Below are positions 29,471 to 38,672 of a DNA stretch of 64,000 bases, piece after piece; position 1 is the stretch's first letter, and every line of letters starts with the position of its first letter. Source of the DNA: Nannocystales bacterium (lineage in GTDB: Bacteria > Myxococcota_A > Polyangia > Nannocystales > Nannocystaceae); assembly GCA_050633305.1 (NCBI GenBank), contig JBOEGF010000009.1:62314-126313 (forward strand), written 5' to 3'. The notes beneath the pieces are model-generated. The model had not been told where the DNA came from, ran no database searches, and saw only the letters and a program-made list of their open reading frames with translations. The position numbers and the translations under genes were made by a program.

Positions 29471-30118
29471 CTAGAAATCAGCCGGGAAGGCGCAAACGCC
29501 ACCGCCGCCACCGCCACCGCCGAGGCTGAGGCAGTCCATCCCCGTGGGACAGGTTGTGCCCCGCTCGCAGGCGAGCAGGCACTGGGCGCCGCCTCCACCT
29601 CCGCCTCCGGGTCCCCCGCCATCGCCACGGCAGAAGGGCTGTGCGTCCCCTTCGGACGGCGCTGGGCAGTCCTGCTCGTCAACGTCGCATTCTTGCGTAC
29701 ACCAGTTAACGCCGGCGTTTTGGCCGCCGCCGATCTGCGTGCACTCGTAGTCCCCTACGCAGGCTTGGTCGCCAGGGCAGGGGCCGTAGAGGCCGTCGCC
29801 CTCGCCGCCGCTGCTCGAACTCCCTGAGCTTCCGGAGCCACTGCTGCTACCAAATCCGGTCGAGCTGCCGCTGCTGCTGCCCGACGAGGTTTCGCCGCCG
29901 CCGCTGGAGGATGTGGAGTCTGGTCCCGAGTTGGAGTCGCTGTCGGTCTGCGCCGAATCTGAGGCCGCCTCGGAGTCCGAAGCGGAGGCGGTCGTGGTGG
30001 TGGTGGTGCCACTGCCCGTGCCGCCGTCGGTGTCGGTGTCGCCACCGCTGTCGCCCGAGTCGCACGCGCTGAGGCTGAGCCCGAGGCCCAGGAAGAAGGT
30101 CAAGGTCATCCGCTGCAT
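29471..30118 (-). CDS. Lipoprotein with Ser/Thr/Gly linker and Cys-rich C-terminal domain
   Basis: Lipobox LSAC; low-complexity linker; Cys-rich tail (YGPC..WCTQECD..CPAP..CLLAC..CPTGMDC). Confidence 0.8.
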   Translation of the reverse strand: MQRMTLTFFLGLGLSLSACDSGDSGGDTDTDGGTGSGTTTTTTASASDSEAASDSAQTDSDSNSGPDSTSSSGGGETSSGSSSGSSTGFGSSSGSGSSGSSSSGGEGDGLYGPCPGDQACVGDYECTQIGGGQNAGVNWCTQECDVDEQDCPAPSEGDAQPFCRGDGGGPGGGGGGGAQCLLACERGTTCPTGMDCLSLGGGGGGGGVCAFPADF

Positions 30119-30130
30119 GACTCGACCGTA

Positions 30131-31309
30131 TCACTGCCCCTCGAGCACAAGGTCGCGCAGGCGGTCACGGGCCGCATTGATCTCCTGCGATATGTTCTCT
30201 TCGGTGGGAATCAAGCTCGACGCGTTGAACCAGATCACCAGCGTCACCTCGGTTTCGGGGAAGTGATAGGCGAAGGTGCGGTAGCCGAACTCGTGGCCGC
30301 CATGACCAATACCGCGCAATCGTCCGGGAGGGCCCCATGCCTCGACGCCGGCCCCGTACAGCGGGAAGTCGTCCTCGCCCGTCTCCACGCTCGGCATCAT
30401 GCGCGCCAAGGCGTCCTCCCCGAGGATGTCGCGCTGCCCAAGCAGGTGGTCGAAGAACGTGACCAGGTCGCGCGCGGAGGAGGTCATGCCCCCATCGCCC
30501 CCGACGCACAGGTTCGCGTAGCTCCGCGTTGAATCGACCAATGCGCCGTCCCCCATGAGGTCGAAGTACCCGTGGGCCACACCCTCGTAGCCGAAGTCGT
30601 CGACGACGTAGGCCGTCTCGTTCAGCGCGAGCGGCTCCAGCAGCCGCTCCTCCACGACTTGGGCTTGTGGTTTTCCGGTGACCGCCTCGATGATCCAACC
30701 CAGCAGGAGGTAGTTGGTGTTGGAGTAGGACCAGTCCTCGCCTGGGGAGAACTCGGCGTCCGAGTCCAGGGCGTGGGCGTAGCAGGCCTGGGTGCTCCAC
30801 GTCTTCTCGGGCCGGTTGAAGAGGTCCAGGACAAGTTCGACGTCGAGGAAGTTGTAGACGCCGCTGGTGTGTTGCAGCAGATGCGTGGTGGTGATGCGAT
30901 CCGCGTTCGGCAGTGAGGCGGTCCGCTCGGGAAGCAGCGTGGAGATCGGGGCGTCGAGGTCGAGCAGTCCCTCCTCCGCCAAGGAGAGGATCGTCGTTGC
31001 GACAAAGGTCTTGGTCACGCTTGCGATGCGGGTGCGGTGGCAACTCTGCATCGCTTCACCCCGGCCGAGATCGACGAAACCAGCGGAGCCTTCCCAGGTG
31101 CCATTCGCATCCCGGACCGCAAGAACGACGCCTGGCAGCCCGGAGTCGACGGCGTCTTCGAGCGCAGCTTGAAGCGCCCCTGCCAACGGATGTTCGGACG
31201 TCGGTTCGGCCTCGCGAGAGAAGCATGTGGACGGTTCCCCTTCGGGGACAGGGTCCACGTCGCAGGCGGAGCAGGCGAGAAGGGCGAGGATTCGAGCGAG
31301 GTTCTTCAT
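30131..31309 (-). CDS. Serine hydrolase (beta-lactamase/D-Ala-D-Ala carboxypeptidase family) lipoprotein
   Basis: IASVTKT (SxxK), WSYSNTNY (YxN), GHGG; lipobox-like LACSAC; ATGA overlap with the upstream gene. Confidence 0.9.
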   Translation of the reverse strand: MKNLARILALLACSACDVDPVPEGEPSTCFSREAEPTSEHPLAGALQAALEDAVDSGLPGVVLAVRDANGTWEGSAGFVDLGRGEAMQSCHRTRIASVTKTFVATTILSLAEEGLLDLDAPISTLLPERTASLPNADRITTTHLLQHTSGVYNFLDVELVLDLFNRPEKTWSTQACYAHALDSDAEFSPGEDWSYSNTNYLLLGWIIEAVTGKPQAQVVEERLLEPLALNETAYVVDDFGYEGVAHGYFDLMGDGALVDSTRSYANLCVGGDGGMTSSARDLVTFFDHLLGQRDILGEDALARMMPSVETGEDDFPLYGAGVEAWGPPGRLRGIGHGGHEFGYRTFAYHFPETEVTLVIWFNASSLIPTEENISQEINAARDRLRDLVLEGQ

Positions 31310-31932
31310 CGTCGCGTCCTCCACGCTCCCAAGGAGACCGCGAGCCCGCAGCTGACGTCCGCGACGCCCATGACGGGCAGGCCATTTCCGGGCATGAACG
31401 GGGTCTGGGCGAGTTGTCGGTATCGTACGAAGACACGCAGCGGCACTGGGGTGAGCGAGCTGAAGTCGTAGCCCAGCGTTGCACCCAGCCCCACGCGGGC
31501 GGCGACGGCCCAGGGGGCGCGTGCGGCCTGTAAGGGCTGTCCGTCCTCGGCGCGATACGTGGTGCCAGGGACCCGGGACATCTGTCCTCCGAGCAACAAG
31601 CCCAGGTCACCGTACAACCCGAAGGGGGCGGTGAGCCGGGGCAAGAGCGTCGCGTCGAAGCTCCCGCCCACGGCAAAGTTCCGCTGCGAGAACATGCCGA
31701 GGTCCGTCCCAACCTGGAGGCTGAACAGCCGACGATTCACGAAGCGAAGCTCGGTACCAAGCGCCCCGTGGGGAGAGGCGGGGACCGGGTCGAATCCGAG
31801 TGCCCGCGCGCCACCCGTGACGACGATGGGCCAGGATTGACGCGCGGACCAAGTGTCCTTTTGGGGCACGTCCGGTTCCGGTCCGGAGGAGAGGAGCCAG
31901 AGGCTCGTGAGTATCGAGGAGAACTGCATCAT
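31306..31932 (-). CDS. Exported protein, probable small beta-barrel (payload of module B)
   Basis: Signal-like N-terminus; amphipathic strands (LYGDLGLLLG, LGATLGYDF, VFVRY); start 31932 or 31941. Confidence 0.65.
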   Translation of the reverse strand: MMQFSSILTSLWLLSSGPEPDVPQKDTWSARQSWPIVVTGGARALGFDPVPASPHGALGTELRFVNRRLFSLQVGTDLGMFSQRNFAVGGSFDATLLPRLTAPFGLYGDLGLLLGGQMSRVPGTTYRAEDGQPLQAARAPWAVAARVGLGATLGYDFSSLTPVPLRVFVRYRQLAQTPFMPGNGLPVMGVADVSCGLAVSLGAWRTRR

Positions 31933-31944
31933 GGGTCTCATCCG

Positions 31945-31974
31945 GTGTTTCCCGGCGAGCCCCACGTTCGTGAA
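31945..31974 (-). promoter_or_regulatory. Putative ECF promoter B2 (TTCACGAAC-N12-GGGAAACAC)
   Basis: Matches 33236-33265 with identical spacing; directly after the anti-sigma stop. Confidence 0.7.
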
Positions 31975-32697
31975 TCAATCTCGAGGTTCGAGGCAGGATT
32001 TTCGGACGCGCTGGGCGAACGAGGAGGCGCCGCGCTCCACGTACGCCTGCGCTCGCTTCGTCGTTGCGGGGGTGCTCCGAAGGTTGCACGACGCGATGAG
32101 CTTGAGGACCTCGGCCTCCTCGACGAACGCACCCGTCGGAAACTCGCGCGCATACGTTTGGGCGGTGGTCTTCGCACTGGAATTGTTCCCCGCCGTGAGG
32201 GCGCGCCGGGCCTTCACGATGAGCGCGAGTTCGGCCTGAAGGTCGCTTCCCTTGGGCTGCGCGGCCGCGGAGGTCGCTGCGTTCTTGGTCGATCCGCGGC
32301 GCTTGCGGGGCCGCTGAACGGACGGGGGATCCTCGTTGGGTGCCGAGGATTCGTGCGCGGTGACGTCTTGGCGCGGTTGCGGCGTCTCGATGTGCGGGGC
32401 AGGAGCGCGCTGCTCTGGAACGTAGGTTGCGATCGGGTCCAGCCGACTCGGGGCCGGGCGCGAAGCGGTGGCAGCGAGGCCCGCAGCGCCAAGAGCTGCA
32501 GCCGCAACTCCGCCGACTACAATCCGGCGAAGGATGCTCGTCTGGGGCGCGGATGGTTCGGGCGCGCTCTGAGACGGGGGAGGCGGAGCAGCGAAGCCAA
32601 GGCGGTCTCGCAGCGCGGCGACCTCCTGGGACGTGGGAGACGAGGCGCCGCGGGCTGCGTCGAGCAGGGCCCTCGCGTTGGGGTTGAGTTCATCCAC
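31975..32697 (-). CDS. Putative anti-sigma factor (TM, Pro-rich linker, TPR-like C-terminal domain), module B
   Basis: MDELNPNARALLDAAR; TM IVVGGVAAAALGAAGL; LQAELALIVKARRAL..YAREFPTGAFVEEAE..C..C; overlaps the sigma stop. Confidence 0.75.
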   Translation of the reverse strand: MDELNPNARALLDAARGASSPTSQEVAALRDRLGFAAPPPPSQSAPEPSAPQTSILRRIVVGGVAAAALGAAGLAATASRPAPSRLDPIATYVPEQRAPAPHIETPQPRQDVTAHESSAPNEDPPSVQRPRKRRGSTKNAATSAAAQPKGSDLQAELALIVKARRALTAGNNSSAKTTAQTYAREFPTGAFVEEAEVLKLIASCNLRSTPATTKRAQAYVERGASSFAQRVRKSCLEPRD

Positions 32698-33229
32698 CTT
32701 CTCGTCTCCTCACGGCGTCGAGTCGGTCGACGCTGGCCTGAAATGCTTGCCGGGCGGAGCGGAGCCGCGAGGCCACGGTGTTGGGGTTCTCGCCGAGGAT
32801 CTCACCGATCTCGGCGGCGGTGAGCCGCTCGAGCTCACCGAGAACGAATGCCTCCCGTTTGGCTTCGGGCAGGCTCTCGAGGAAGTCCGCGAGGAATGCC
32901 TCGGCCTCTCGGTAGGAGACGGCCTCGTCTGGCGAGGGCGTGGTGTTCACGCTGGGCTCGAACGCCGCCTCCTTGCGCTCGGAGCGAAGATGCTTCCGCT
33001 TGTGGTGCAGGACGACGTGGCGGGTGATGCCGCCGATCCACGCGCGGGCGGAGCGGCTGGGGTCGAGTTCGTCGATCTTTCGCTGCACGATGATGAACAC
33101 CTCGTGCACCACGTCTTGAGCGTCGGCTTGGGGGATGCCCAGGTACCGAGCTGTGCGCCATGCAAACTCGACGTGGTCCTGGTAGAGGATCGCGATGGGG
33201 GTCGCAGCCGACTGGGGCGAGGCGCTCAA
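32690..33229 (-). CDS. ECF sigma factor (module B)
   Basis: LYQDHVEFAWRTARYLGI..DVVHEVFIIV..WIGGI; LPEAKREAFVLGELE..EIGEILG.NPNTVASRLR; TTG start overlapping the upstream stop. Confidence 0.92.
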   Translation of the reverse strand: MSASPQSAATPIAILYQDHVEFAWRTARYLGIPQADAQDVVHEVFIIVQRKIDELDPSRSARAWIGGITRHVVLHHKRKHLRSERKEAAFEPSVNTTPSPDEAVSYREAEAFLADFLESLPEAKREAFVLGELERLTAAEIGEILGENPNTVASRLRSARQAFQASVDRLDAVRRREGG

Positions 33230-34236
33230 CGCCCTGTCTTTCCCGCCGCCGCCGAAGTTCGTGAAGGAAAATGGACTTCGAGGCCGACCGTCCCGCGGAT
33301 GGACGCGGGACCGGGCTGAAAGGGCGTCTGGGAGTCCATCTGGGGGACCGAAATGCTTCGAAGACCCACGTGGGCTTCGGCCGACGCCCACAGCGCGAGG
33401 GCGGGGCGAAAGAACCACGTGACCCCCGCGGACCCGGTCGCGGCTGGCCATGCGGCATGGCGGACTCGCCGCCGTGTCGGTGCTCGGTCTGCAGTGCGAA
33501 GCGCGCCGACGCCGCCGCCCACACACAACGGGAACAACACCGTCTTTGAACCGGGGGTCAGGCAGCCGCGGGCGGCGACGAACCCCATCGTGACGAGGAA
33601 TCGATATCCAGCGCCCCGGGGGTCGGAAGCGTCGGCCGGCGTCCACAGGGCCCCAGAGACCTCGGCGCGGCCCCAGGGCCCAGCCGCTCCGACGGCGAGA
33701 CGACCCGCGGTCATCGTCGGCGTGACCCCGTACCCCAGACCGAGGTCGAACCGCGCCAGGGCGCGAGTGAAGTCCTCTCTCGGCACGCGCTGTCGAGGCT
33801 CCGGTTCCGGCTCTGGCTCTGGCTCCGGTTCCGGCTCTGGCTCTGGCTCTGGTTTCGGTTCCGGTTCCGGTTCCGGTTCCGGTTCCGGTTCCGGTTCCGG
33901 TTCCTGCGGTGGGGGGTCCGCTTCGAGGGGGTCAGGACTGAGCGCGAGCGACAGAATTACGGCGGCCGCGTCCCCCAACGCCTCGCACGACCCGGCTTCC
34001 AGCTCTTTGGTGGAGTCCCCGAACCGCAGCACCAGCGTCCATCGGCCCTCGAGCAGCGTGACCTTGGCGTCAGCGCTCAGCGGCCGCAACGGCGCCTGTT
34101 CGAGCAGCGCGTCGACCCGGGCGCGGACCTGCGCTTCGTTGGGACAGGTCTGCGGAGCGTCCCAACGGAGCTTCAGCGGGTCGGACTCGGGTGGGGCGAT
34201 CCCGACCGCCCCCGCCAGGAGTCCGGCCACCAGCAC
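33226..34236 (-). CDS. Exported protein: N-terminal Cys-pair domain, (EP)n linker, C-terminal beta-barrel (module B)
   Basis: LRWDAPQTCP..SCEALGDAAAVILSLAL; 18-unit EP/KP linker; amphipathic strands ending GLEVHFP plus a 12-aa tail. Confidence 0.75.
   Translation of the reverse strand: MLVAGLLAGAVGIAPPESDPLKLRWDAPQTCPNEAQVRARVDALLEQAPLRPLSADAKVTLLEGRWTLVLRFGDSTKELEAGSCEALGDAAAVILSLALSPDPLEADPPPQEPEPEPEPEPEPEPEPKPEPEPEPEPEPEPEPEPEPRQRVPREDFTRALARFDLGLGYGVTPTMTAGRLAVGAAGPWGRAEVSGALWTPADASDPRGAGYRFLVTMGFVAARGCLTPGSKTVLFPLCVGGGVGALRTADRAPTRRRVRHAAWPAATGSAGVTWFFRPALALWASAEAHVGLRSISVPQMDSQTPFQPGPASIRGTVGLEVHFPSRTSAAAGKTGR
33236..33265 (-). promoter_or_regulatory. Putative ECF promoter B1 (TTCACGAAC-N12-GGGAAAGAC), autoregulatory
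   Basis: Ends 6 nt before the sigma TTG; twin of 31945-31974. Confidence 0.7.
33797..33904. repeat. Hexamer tandem repeat (GGTTCC/GGCTCT variants, 18 units) encoding an EP/KP linker
   Basis: Eight perfect GGTTCC units at 33857-33904 plus variant units. Confidence 0.9.
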
Positions 34237-34265
34237 CCCCGTTGCCTATCACACTCTCACCGCGC

Positions 34266-35336
34266 TCAGGCTGTGGCCGCTGCGACCGGGAGGTGGGGGA
34301 GCGCGAGGTTTTCTCGGAGAATCTGCTCGACCGCATCGACCCACGCAGGCTCGGTGTTGAGCGAGGGAACCAGCGTCAGCTCGCGGCCCTCGCCGGCCTT
34401 CTCGAACTCCTCCTTCAGACCCATGCCGACCTCTTCGAGCGTCTCGAGGCAGTCGGCGACAAATGCGGGACAGAACACGACCAGTTTTTTGACGTCGCCC
34501 TTGTCTCGAATCTGCTCGAGCACGACATCGGTGAACGGCGTGATCCACTCCTTGGTCAGTCGCGATTGAAACGTGACCGTGTAGTCCGACGCATCCAGCT
34601 CGAGCTTGGCGGCAAGATCTCGTGCCGTGGTCACGCTCTGTGCCCGGTAGCAGTTGCGGTTGACGTCGGTGATCGTCTCGCAACAGTTCGGCTTGGCGAG
34701 GCAGTGCGCACCGGAGCGGTCACCCTTGCGAAGGTGTCGTTCGGGGAGCCCGTGAAAGCTCATCAGGACGTGGTCGGGCTGCTTTTCCTCGAGGATCGGG
34801 CGACCGACTTGGGTGAACGCCTCGATGAACGCCGGGTGGTCGTAGAACGGAGGGACCACGGTCACGAACGGGGTGTTCTCCTGCTCTGCCGCGATGCGGT
34901 ACGCCGCTTCGGCGGTGGAGCCGGTGGAACTCGATGCGTACTGGGGGTACAGCGGGAAGGCGATAATCCGGTCGCATCCGTCTTGGATGAGTCCTTCGAT
35001 GCCCGAGCGCAGCGACGGTGATCCGTAGCGCATGGCGAGGCGAACCCGAACGTCGGCTTCGCCTGCGAAGCGTTCGGCGATCTGCTCCGCGAGCGCTTTG
35101 CCGTGGATCAGCAGGGGCGAGCCCTCGTCCGACCAGATCTTCTTGTAGGCGGCCGCCGACTTGGCGGGGCGGAACCGAAGGATGATCAGGTTGAGCAGGA
35201 ACCACCGGCTCACCGGGTGGATGTCGATCACCCGCGGGTCATTGAGGAACTCCGCCAGGTAGCGGCGCACGTCGCCGGTCTCCGGCGAGTCCGGGGTTCC
35301 CAGGTTGACGAGCAAGATGCCGATGCGGCGGTTCAC
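34266..35336 (-). CDS. hemH: Protoporphyrin ferrochelatase
   Basis: GILLVNLGTP, RRYLAEFLND, MRYGSP, PLYPQYASS, SFHGLP, FQSR, FVADCLETLEE. Confidence 0.96.
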   Translation of the reverse strand: MNRRIGILLVNLGTPDSPETGDVRRYLAEFLNDPRVIDIHPVSRWFLLNLIILRFRPAKSAAAYKKIWSDEGSPLLIHGKALAEQIAERFAGEADVRVRLAMRYGSPSLRSGIEGLIQDGCDRIIAFPLYPQYASSSTGSTAEAAYRIAAEQENTPFVTVVPPFYDHPAFIEAFTQVGRPILEEKQPDHVLMSFHGLPERHLRKGDRSGAHCLAKPNCCETITDVNRNCYRAQSVTTARDLAAKLELDASDYTVTFQSRLTKEWITPFTDVVLEQIRDKGDVKKLVVFCPAFVADCLETLEEVGMGLKEEFEKAGEGRELTLVPSLNTEPAWVDAVEQILRENLALPHLPVAAATA

Positions 35337-35352
35337 GGCAGCGAGCCTGCGG

Positions 35353-35386
35353 AAAAACCCCGGCCCGCGCAAGCGAGTCCGGGGTT
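35353..35386 (-). terminator. Rho-independent terminator after htpG
   Basis: Minus strand AACCCCGG...CCGGGGTTTTT. Confidence 0.7.
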
Positions 35387-35406
35387 CGACACCGTGCAGC
35401 GGGGTT

Positions 35407-37350
35407 CTACTTCTCGACCAGCGCGTCGAGCATCGACTGGATGCGCGCCACGGTGCCCTTGGGGTCGGGAACCTCGCCCTCCGAGAGGTGCGCTTGGTCG
35501 TGCAACAGCTCGATGTAGGCGTCGGCTCGGGCGGCGTCGTCGCCGGACTGAACCAGCGCACATGCGGCCTTCACGAAGCTGTGGCCGCCGTTGAGCTCGA
35601 GGACGCGTGGTCGATTGGAGACCTCACGCCCCGCGGCCTGGAGGATACGCTCCATGTTGCGACCCATTCCGCCCGCATCGTCGACGAGGCAGGAGGCGCT
35701 CGAGGTGAGCCGACGCGAGACCTTCACAGCGCTGACGCGACCGGCGAGGAGCTCGGTTGCACGCTCGAGGAGCGGGGCCAGCTCGGCGGATTGGCCGTCG
35801 TCCTTGGTGTCTTCGCCTTCGTCGTCCTTGCTGTCCTCGTCGGAGGAACCGTCGAGGTTGAGGTCGCTCGCGGTGACGCTGATGAGCTTCTTACCGTCGT
35901 ACTCGGCCAGGTCCTGAACGACCCATTCATCGACCGCGTCGGTCATCATGATGACGGCGTAGCCTCGGTCGCGCAGCGCCTCGAGATGCGGGCTGCCCCG
36001 CAACTCCTCCTGCGAGCGTCCCGTGATGTAGTAGATGGCCTGCTGGCCCTCGGGCATCGTGTCGACGTACTCGCGCAGAGAGACCCACTTGGCCTCGTGC
36101 CCGGTGCTTCCGAAGCGCAGCAGCTCAGTGAGGTCGTCCTTGTGGCCCGCGTCGAGGTGCAGCCCTTCCTTGAGGAACACACCGAAGTTCTCGAAGACCT
36201 TCTCGTAGCGCTCGCGGTCTTCCTTGGCGGTGTCGGAGAGCAGCCGCAGGGTCTTGCGGGTGAGCTGCCGACGGATGGCGGAGAGGTTCTTGTTCTCCTG
36301 CAGCATCTCGCGGGAGACGTTCAGGGGGAGGTCCTCGGAGTCGACAACACCCCGCATGAACCGCAGGTAGGTCGGCAGGAGCTTGTCGCAGCTCTCCATC
36401 ACCATCACGCGGCGGGCGAAGAGCTGCAGGTGCTTGCTCTCCTCGTTGAACAGGTCGGCAGGGCGACGACCGGGGATGAACAGCACCGCGTGGAACTGGA
36501 TCGGTGCATCCATCGACAGGTGCATGCGCCCCAGTGGCTCGTCGCCGGGCAAGACGAAGCCGCCCATGACGTGCTTGTAGAACTCTTTGTAGTCGTCGTC
36601 GTTCAGCTCGGACGCGTTCTGCGTCCAGAAGGCGCCGATCTCGTTGAGTTGGGTCCACTCCGGCGTGTCGTCGCCTGGCTCGTCGCCCTTTTTGTCGACC
36701 GCGAACTGGACCGGGTACATGACGAAGTTGCTGTACCGCTTGACGATGTTCTCCAGCCGGTAGTGATCGAGGTACTCCTTTGCATCCTCCTTGAGGTGGA
36801 CCTCGATGCGCGTGCCTCGGGTGGCCTTGTCGGTCGGCGCGATGGTGAACGAGCCATCCCCGGTGCTGCTCCAGTGCACACCGTCGTTGCCGGGCAGGGC
36901 GGAGCGGGTGAAGACGTCGACGCGGTCCGACACCATGAAGGCGCTGTAGAAGCCCACACCGAACTGGCCGATGAGCTGTACGTCGGGAGACTTGCCGTCG
37001 GCCTGAGCCTTGGCGGCTTGCTCGAGGAAGGCGAGGGTGCCCGAGTGGGCGATGGTGCCGAGGTTGGCGCGCGCCTCTTCGGGCGTCATGCCGATGCCGT
37101 TGTCTTCGATGATCAGGACCCCGCGCTCGGTGTCCGCGGACAGCCGGACGCTGGGCTCGAGCTCTTGACCCTCGAGGCTTGTGTCGACCAGCGCCGTGTA
37201 TCGGGCCTTGTCGATGGCATCGGAGGCGTTGCTGATCAGTTCCCGGAGAAAGATCTCTCGGTTCGTGTACAGCGAATGGGTCACCAGTTTGAGAACGGCG
37301 GCGACCTCCGCCTTGAACTCGTGCTTTTCGGGTGCTGGCGTGTCGGGCAT
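35407..37350 (-). CDS. htpG: Chaperone HtpG (Hsp90)
   Basis: SLYTNREIFLRELISNASDA, DNGIGM, NLGTIAHSGT, IGQFGVGFYSAF, DLPLNVSREMLQ. Confidence 0.98.
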   Translation of the reverse strand: MPDTPAPEKHEFKAEVAAVLKLVTHSLYTNREIFLRELISNASDAIDKARYTALVDTSLEGQELEPSVRLSADTERGVLIIEDNGIGMTPEEARANLGTIAHSGTLAFLEQAAKAQADGKSPDVQLIGQFGVGFYSAFMVSDRVDVFTRSALPGNDGVHWSSTGDGSFTIAPTDKATRGTRIEVHLKEDAKEYLDHYRLENIVKRYSNFVMYPVQFAVDKKGDEPGDDTPEWTQLNEIGAFWTQNASELNDDDYKEFYKHVMGGFVLPGDEPLGRMHLSMDAPIQFHAVLFIPGRRPADLFNEESKHLQLFARRVMVMESCDKLLPTYLRFMRGVVDSEDLPLNVSREMLQENKNLSAIRRQLTRKTLRLLSDTAKEDRERYEKVFENFGVFLKEGLHLDAGHKDDLTELLRFGSTGHEAKWVSLREYVDTMPEGQQAIYYITGRSQEELRGSPHLEALRDRGYAVIMMTDAVDEWVVQDLAEYDGKKLISVTASDLNLDGSSDEDSKDDEGEDTKDDGQSAELAPLLERATELLAGRVSAVKVSRRLTSSASCLVDDAGGMGRNMERILQAAGREVSNRPRVLELNGGHSFVKAACALVQSGDDAARADAYIELLHDQAHLSEGEVPDPKGTVARIQSMLDALVEK

Positions 37351-37492
37351 GACTCTCGGCGGCCAACGCTAAGCATCGTCTTCGCGACGTCAATACGCGG
37401 GCGACCAAGCACGCCGAAACGGACGTTTGCGGGATCTCACGGCTTTCTAGGAGCGCTTGTCACGGGGTCGGTGTCGCCCCTACAGTCGTGGG

Positions 37493-38635
37493 GTGAGGTT
37501 GTTGGCGTTCGTGGGTGTTGCGGTGTTGGGGTGCGCGGGGGTCGTAGCCTGCGACTCGACATCCTCAAATCCCGGCGTTGGCGGTGCACCACGAGATGCT
37601 GAGATCCCACTCACGGCTCCGCCACCGGCGATTCGAGTCCCCGCTCCACTGCCGAGCGCGTACTGCGATGTCAACGTGACCGGGACTGGGGTCATCGACC
37701 TCGAAGAGGTCTATTTGCCCGGGGTGGTGACCTGCGAGAATGGAGGCGCAGATCTCGAAGCGCTCAAGGCCCAGGCCATCTCCGCTCGCTCGGTTGCCTA
37801 CTACAACATGGCCACGGAGGGGGAGATCTGTGACAGCCAGGGGTGCCAGGTCTTCTCTTGTGCCAGCGACCCCTCGGCACTTGCGATTCAGGCGGTGCAG
37901 GAGACCTCGGGGATCTACCTCATGTACAACAGCACGTTGACCTACGGCTTCTACGTGGCCGGGGACAACAACACGTCCGGGCCCGATTGTGTGGGCTCCA
38001 GCGGCTCGACGGAGCAGTGGGTCACGTACAACAGCGGGCAGTCCGGGACGAGTGTCGAGCAGACCGAACTCGGCTTCGTGCACCCGACCGGTGATCCGTC
38101 GTACGGCCAGAACCGCGGCTGCATGGGGCAGTGGGGTGCGCGGTGTCTCGAGGAGGGCGGAGCGGACTACCTCGACATTTTGCGGTTCTACTACGGCGAG
38201 GACATCGAGCTCGTTCAAGGCGAGGGAGATTGCGTCCTGCCGGGCGAGACCACCGACGGGTCTGCCTCCGAGTCCTCAGGGGCGGATGCTTCGACGGGTG
38301 GCGACCCTTCGGCGAGCGGAGACCCGACCGACCCGAGCGGAGAGCCGACAGATCCCACCGAGGGCAGCACGGGACTTGGCGGGGGGACAGCGGGCGACAC
38401 AGGGAAGCCGGGCGCTGGGGACTCGGACGACTCGAGCGAGGACCCGGCGCCGACGTCCGGCTCCCTCTCCGCGGGGGCCTTGCCCGCAGGCTTTGGCGAG
38501 GACGCAACCAACTCCGGATGCAACTGCACGTCCGCTGCTCATGAGGGACGTCGCGGCTTCGGCTCTACGGCCGCCTTGTGGCTGGTGGTGCTGGGTCTTG
38601 GCCGTCGACGACGGCGCGGCTCATCCCGCAGCTGA
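37493..38635 (+). CDS. SpoIID/LytB-domain protein with lipoprotein-like signal and MYXO-CTERM tail
   Basis: YLPGVVTCE..EALKAQAISARS..ICDSQGCQVF..GCMGQWGA..ILRFYY; C-terminus GCNC..LWLVVLGLGRRRRR. Confidence 0.85.
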   Translation: MRLLAFVGVAVLGCAGVVACDSTSSNPGVGGAPRDAEIPLTAPPPAIRVPAPLPSAYCDVNVTGTGVIDLEEVYLPGVVTCENGGADLEALKAQAISARSVAYYNMATEGEICDSQGCQVFSCASDPSALAIQAVQETSGIYLMYNSTLTYGFYVAGDNNTSGPDCVGSSGSTEQWVTYNSGQSGTSVEQTELGFVHPTGDPSYGQNRGCMGQWGARCLEEGGADYLDILRFYYGEDIELVQGEGDCVLPGETTDGSASESSGADASTGGDPSASGDPTDPSGEPTDPTEGSTGLGGGTAGDTGKPGAGDSDDSSEDPAPTSGSLSAGALPAGFGEDATNSGCNCTSAAHEGRRGFGSTAALWLVVLGLGRRRRRGSSRS

Positions 38636-38672
38636 GTCGCTCCGCCCGGCGTTCGTGTCGGTGGCTGGACAT

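Noticed and set aside
37351..37490. CIRCE or heat-shock operator upstream of htpG
   Set aside because: No TTAGCACTC-N9-GAGTGCTAA-like inverted repeat seen.
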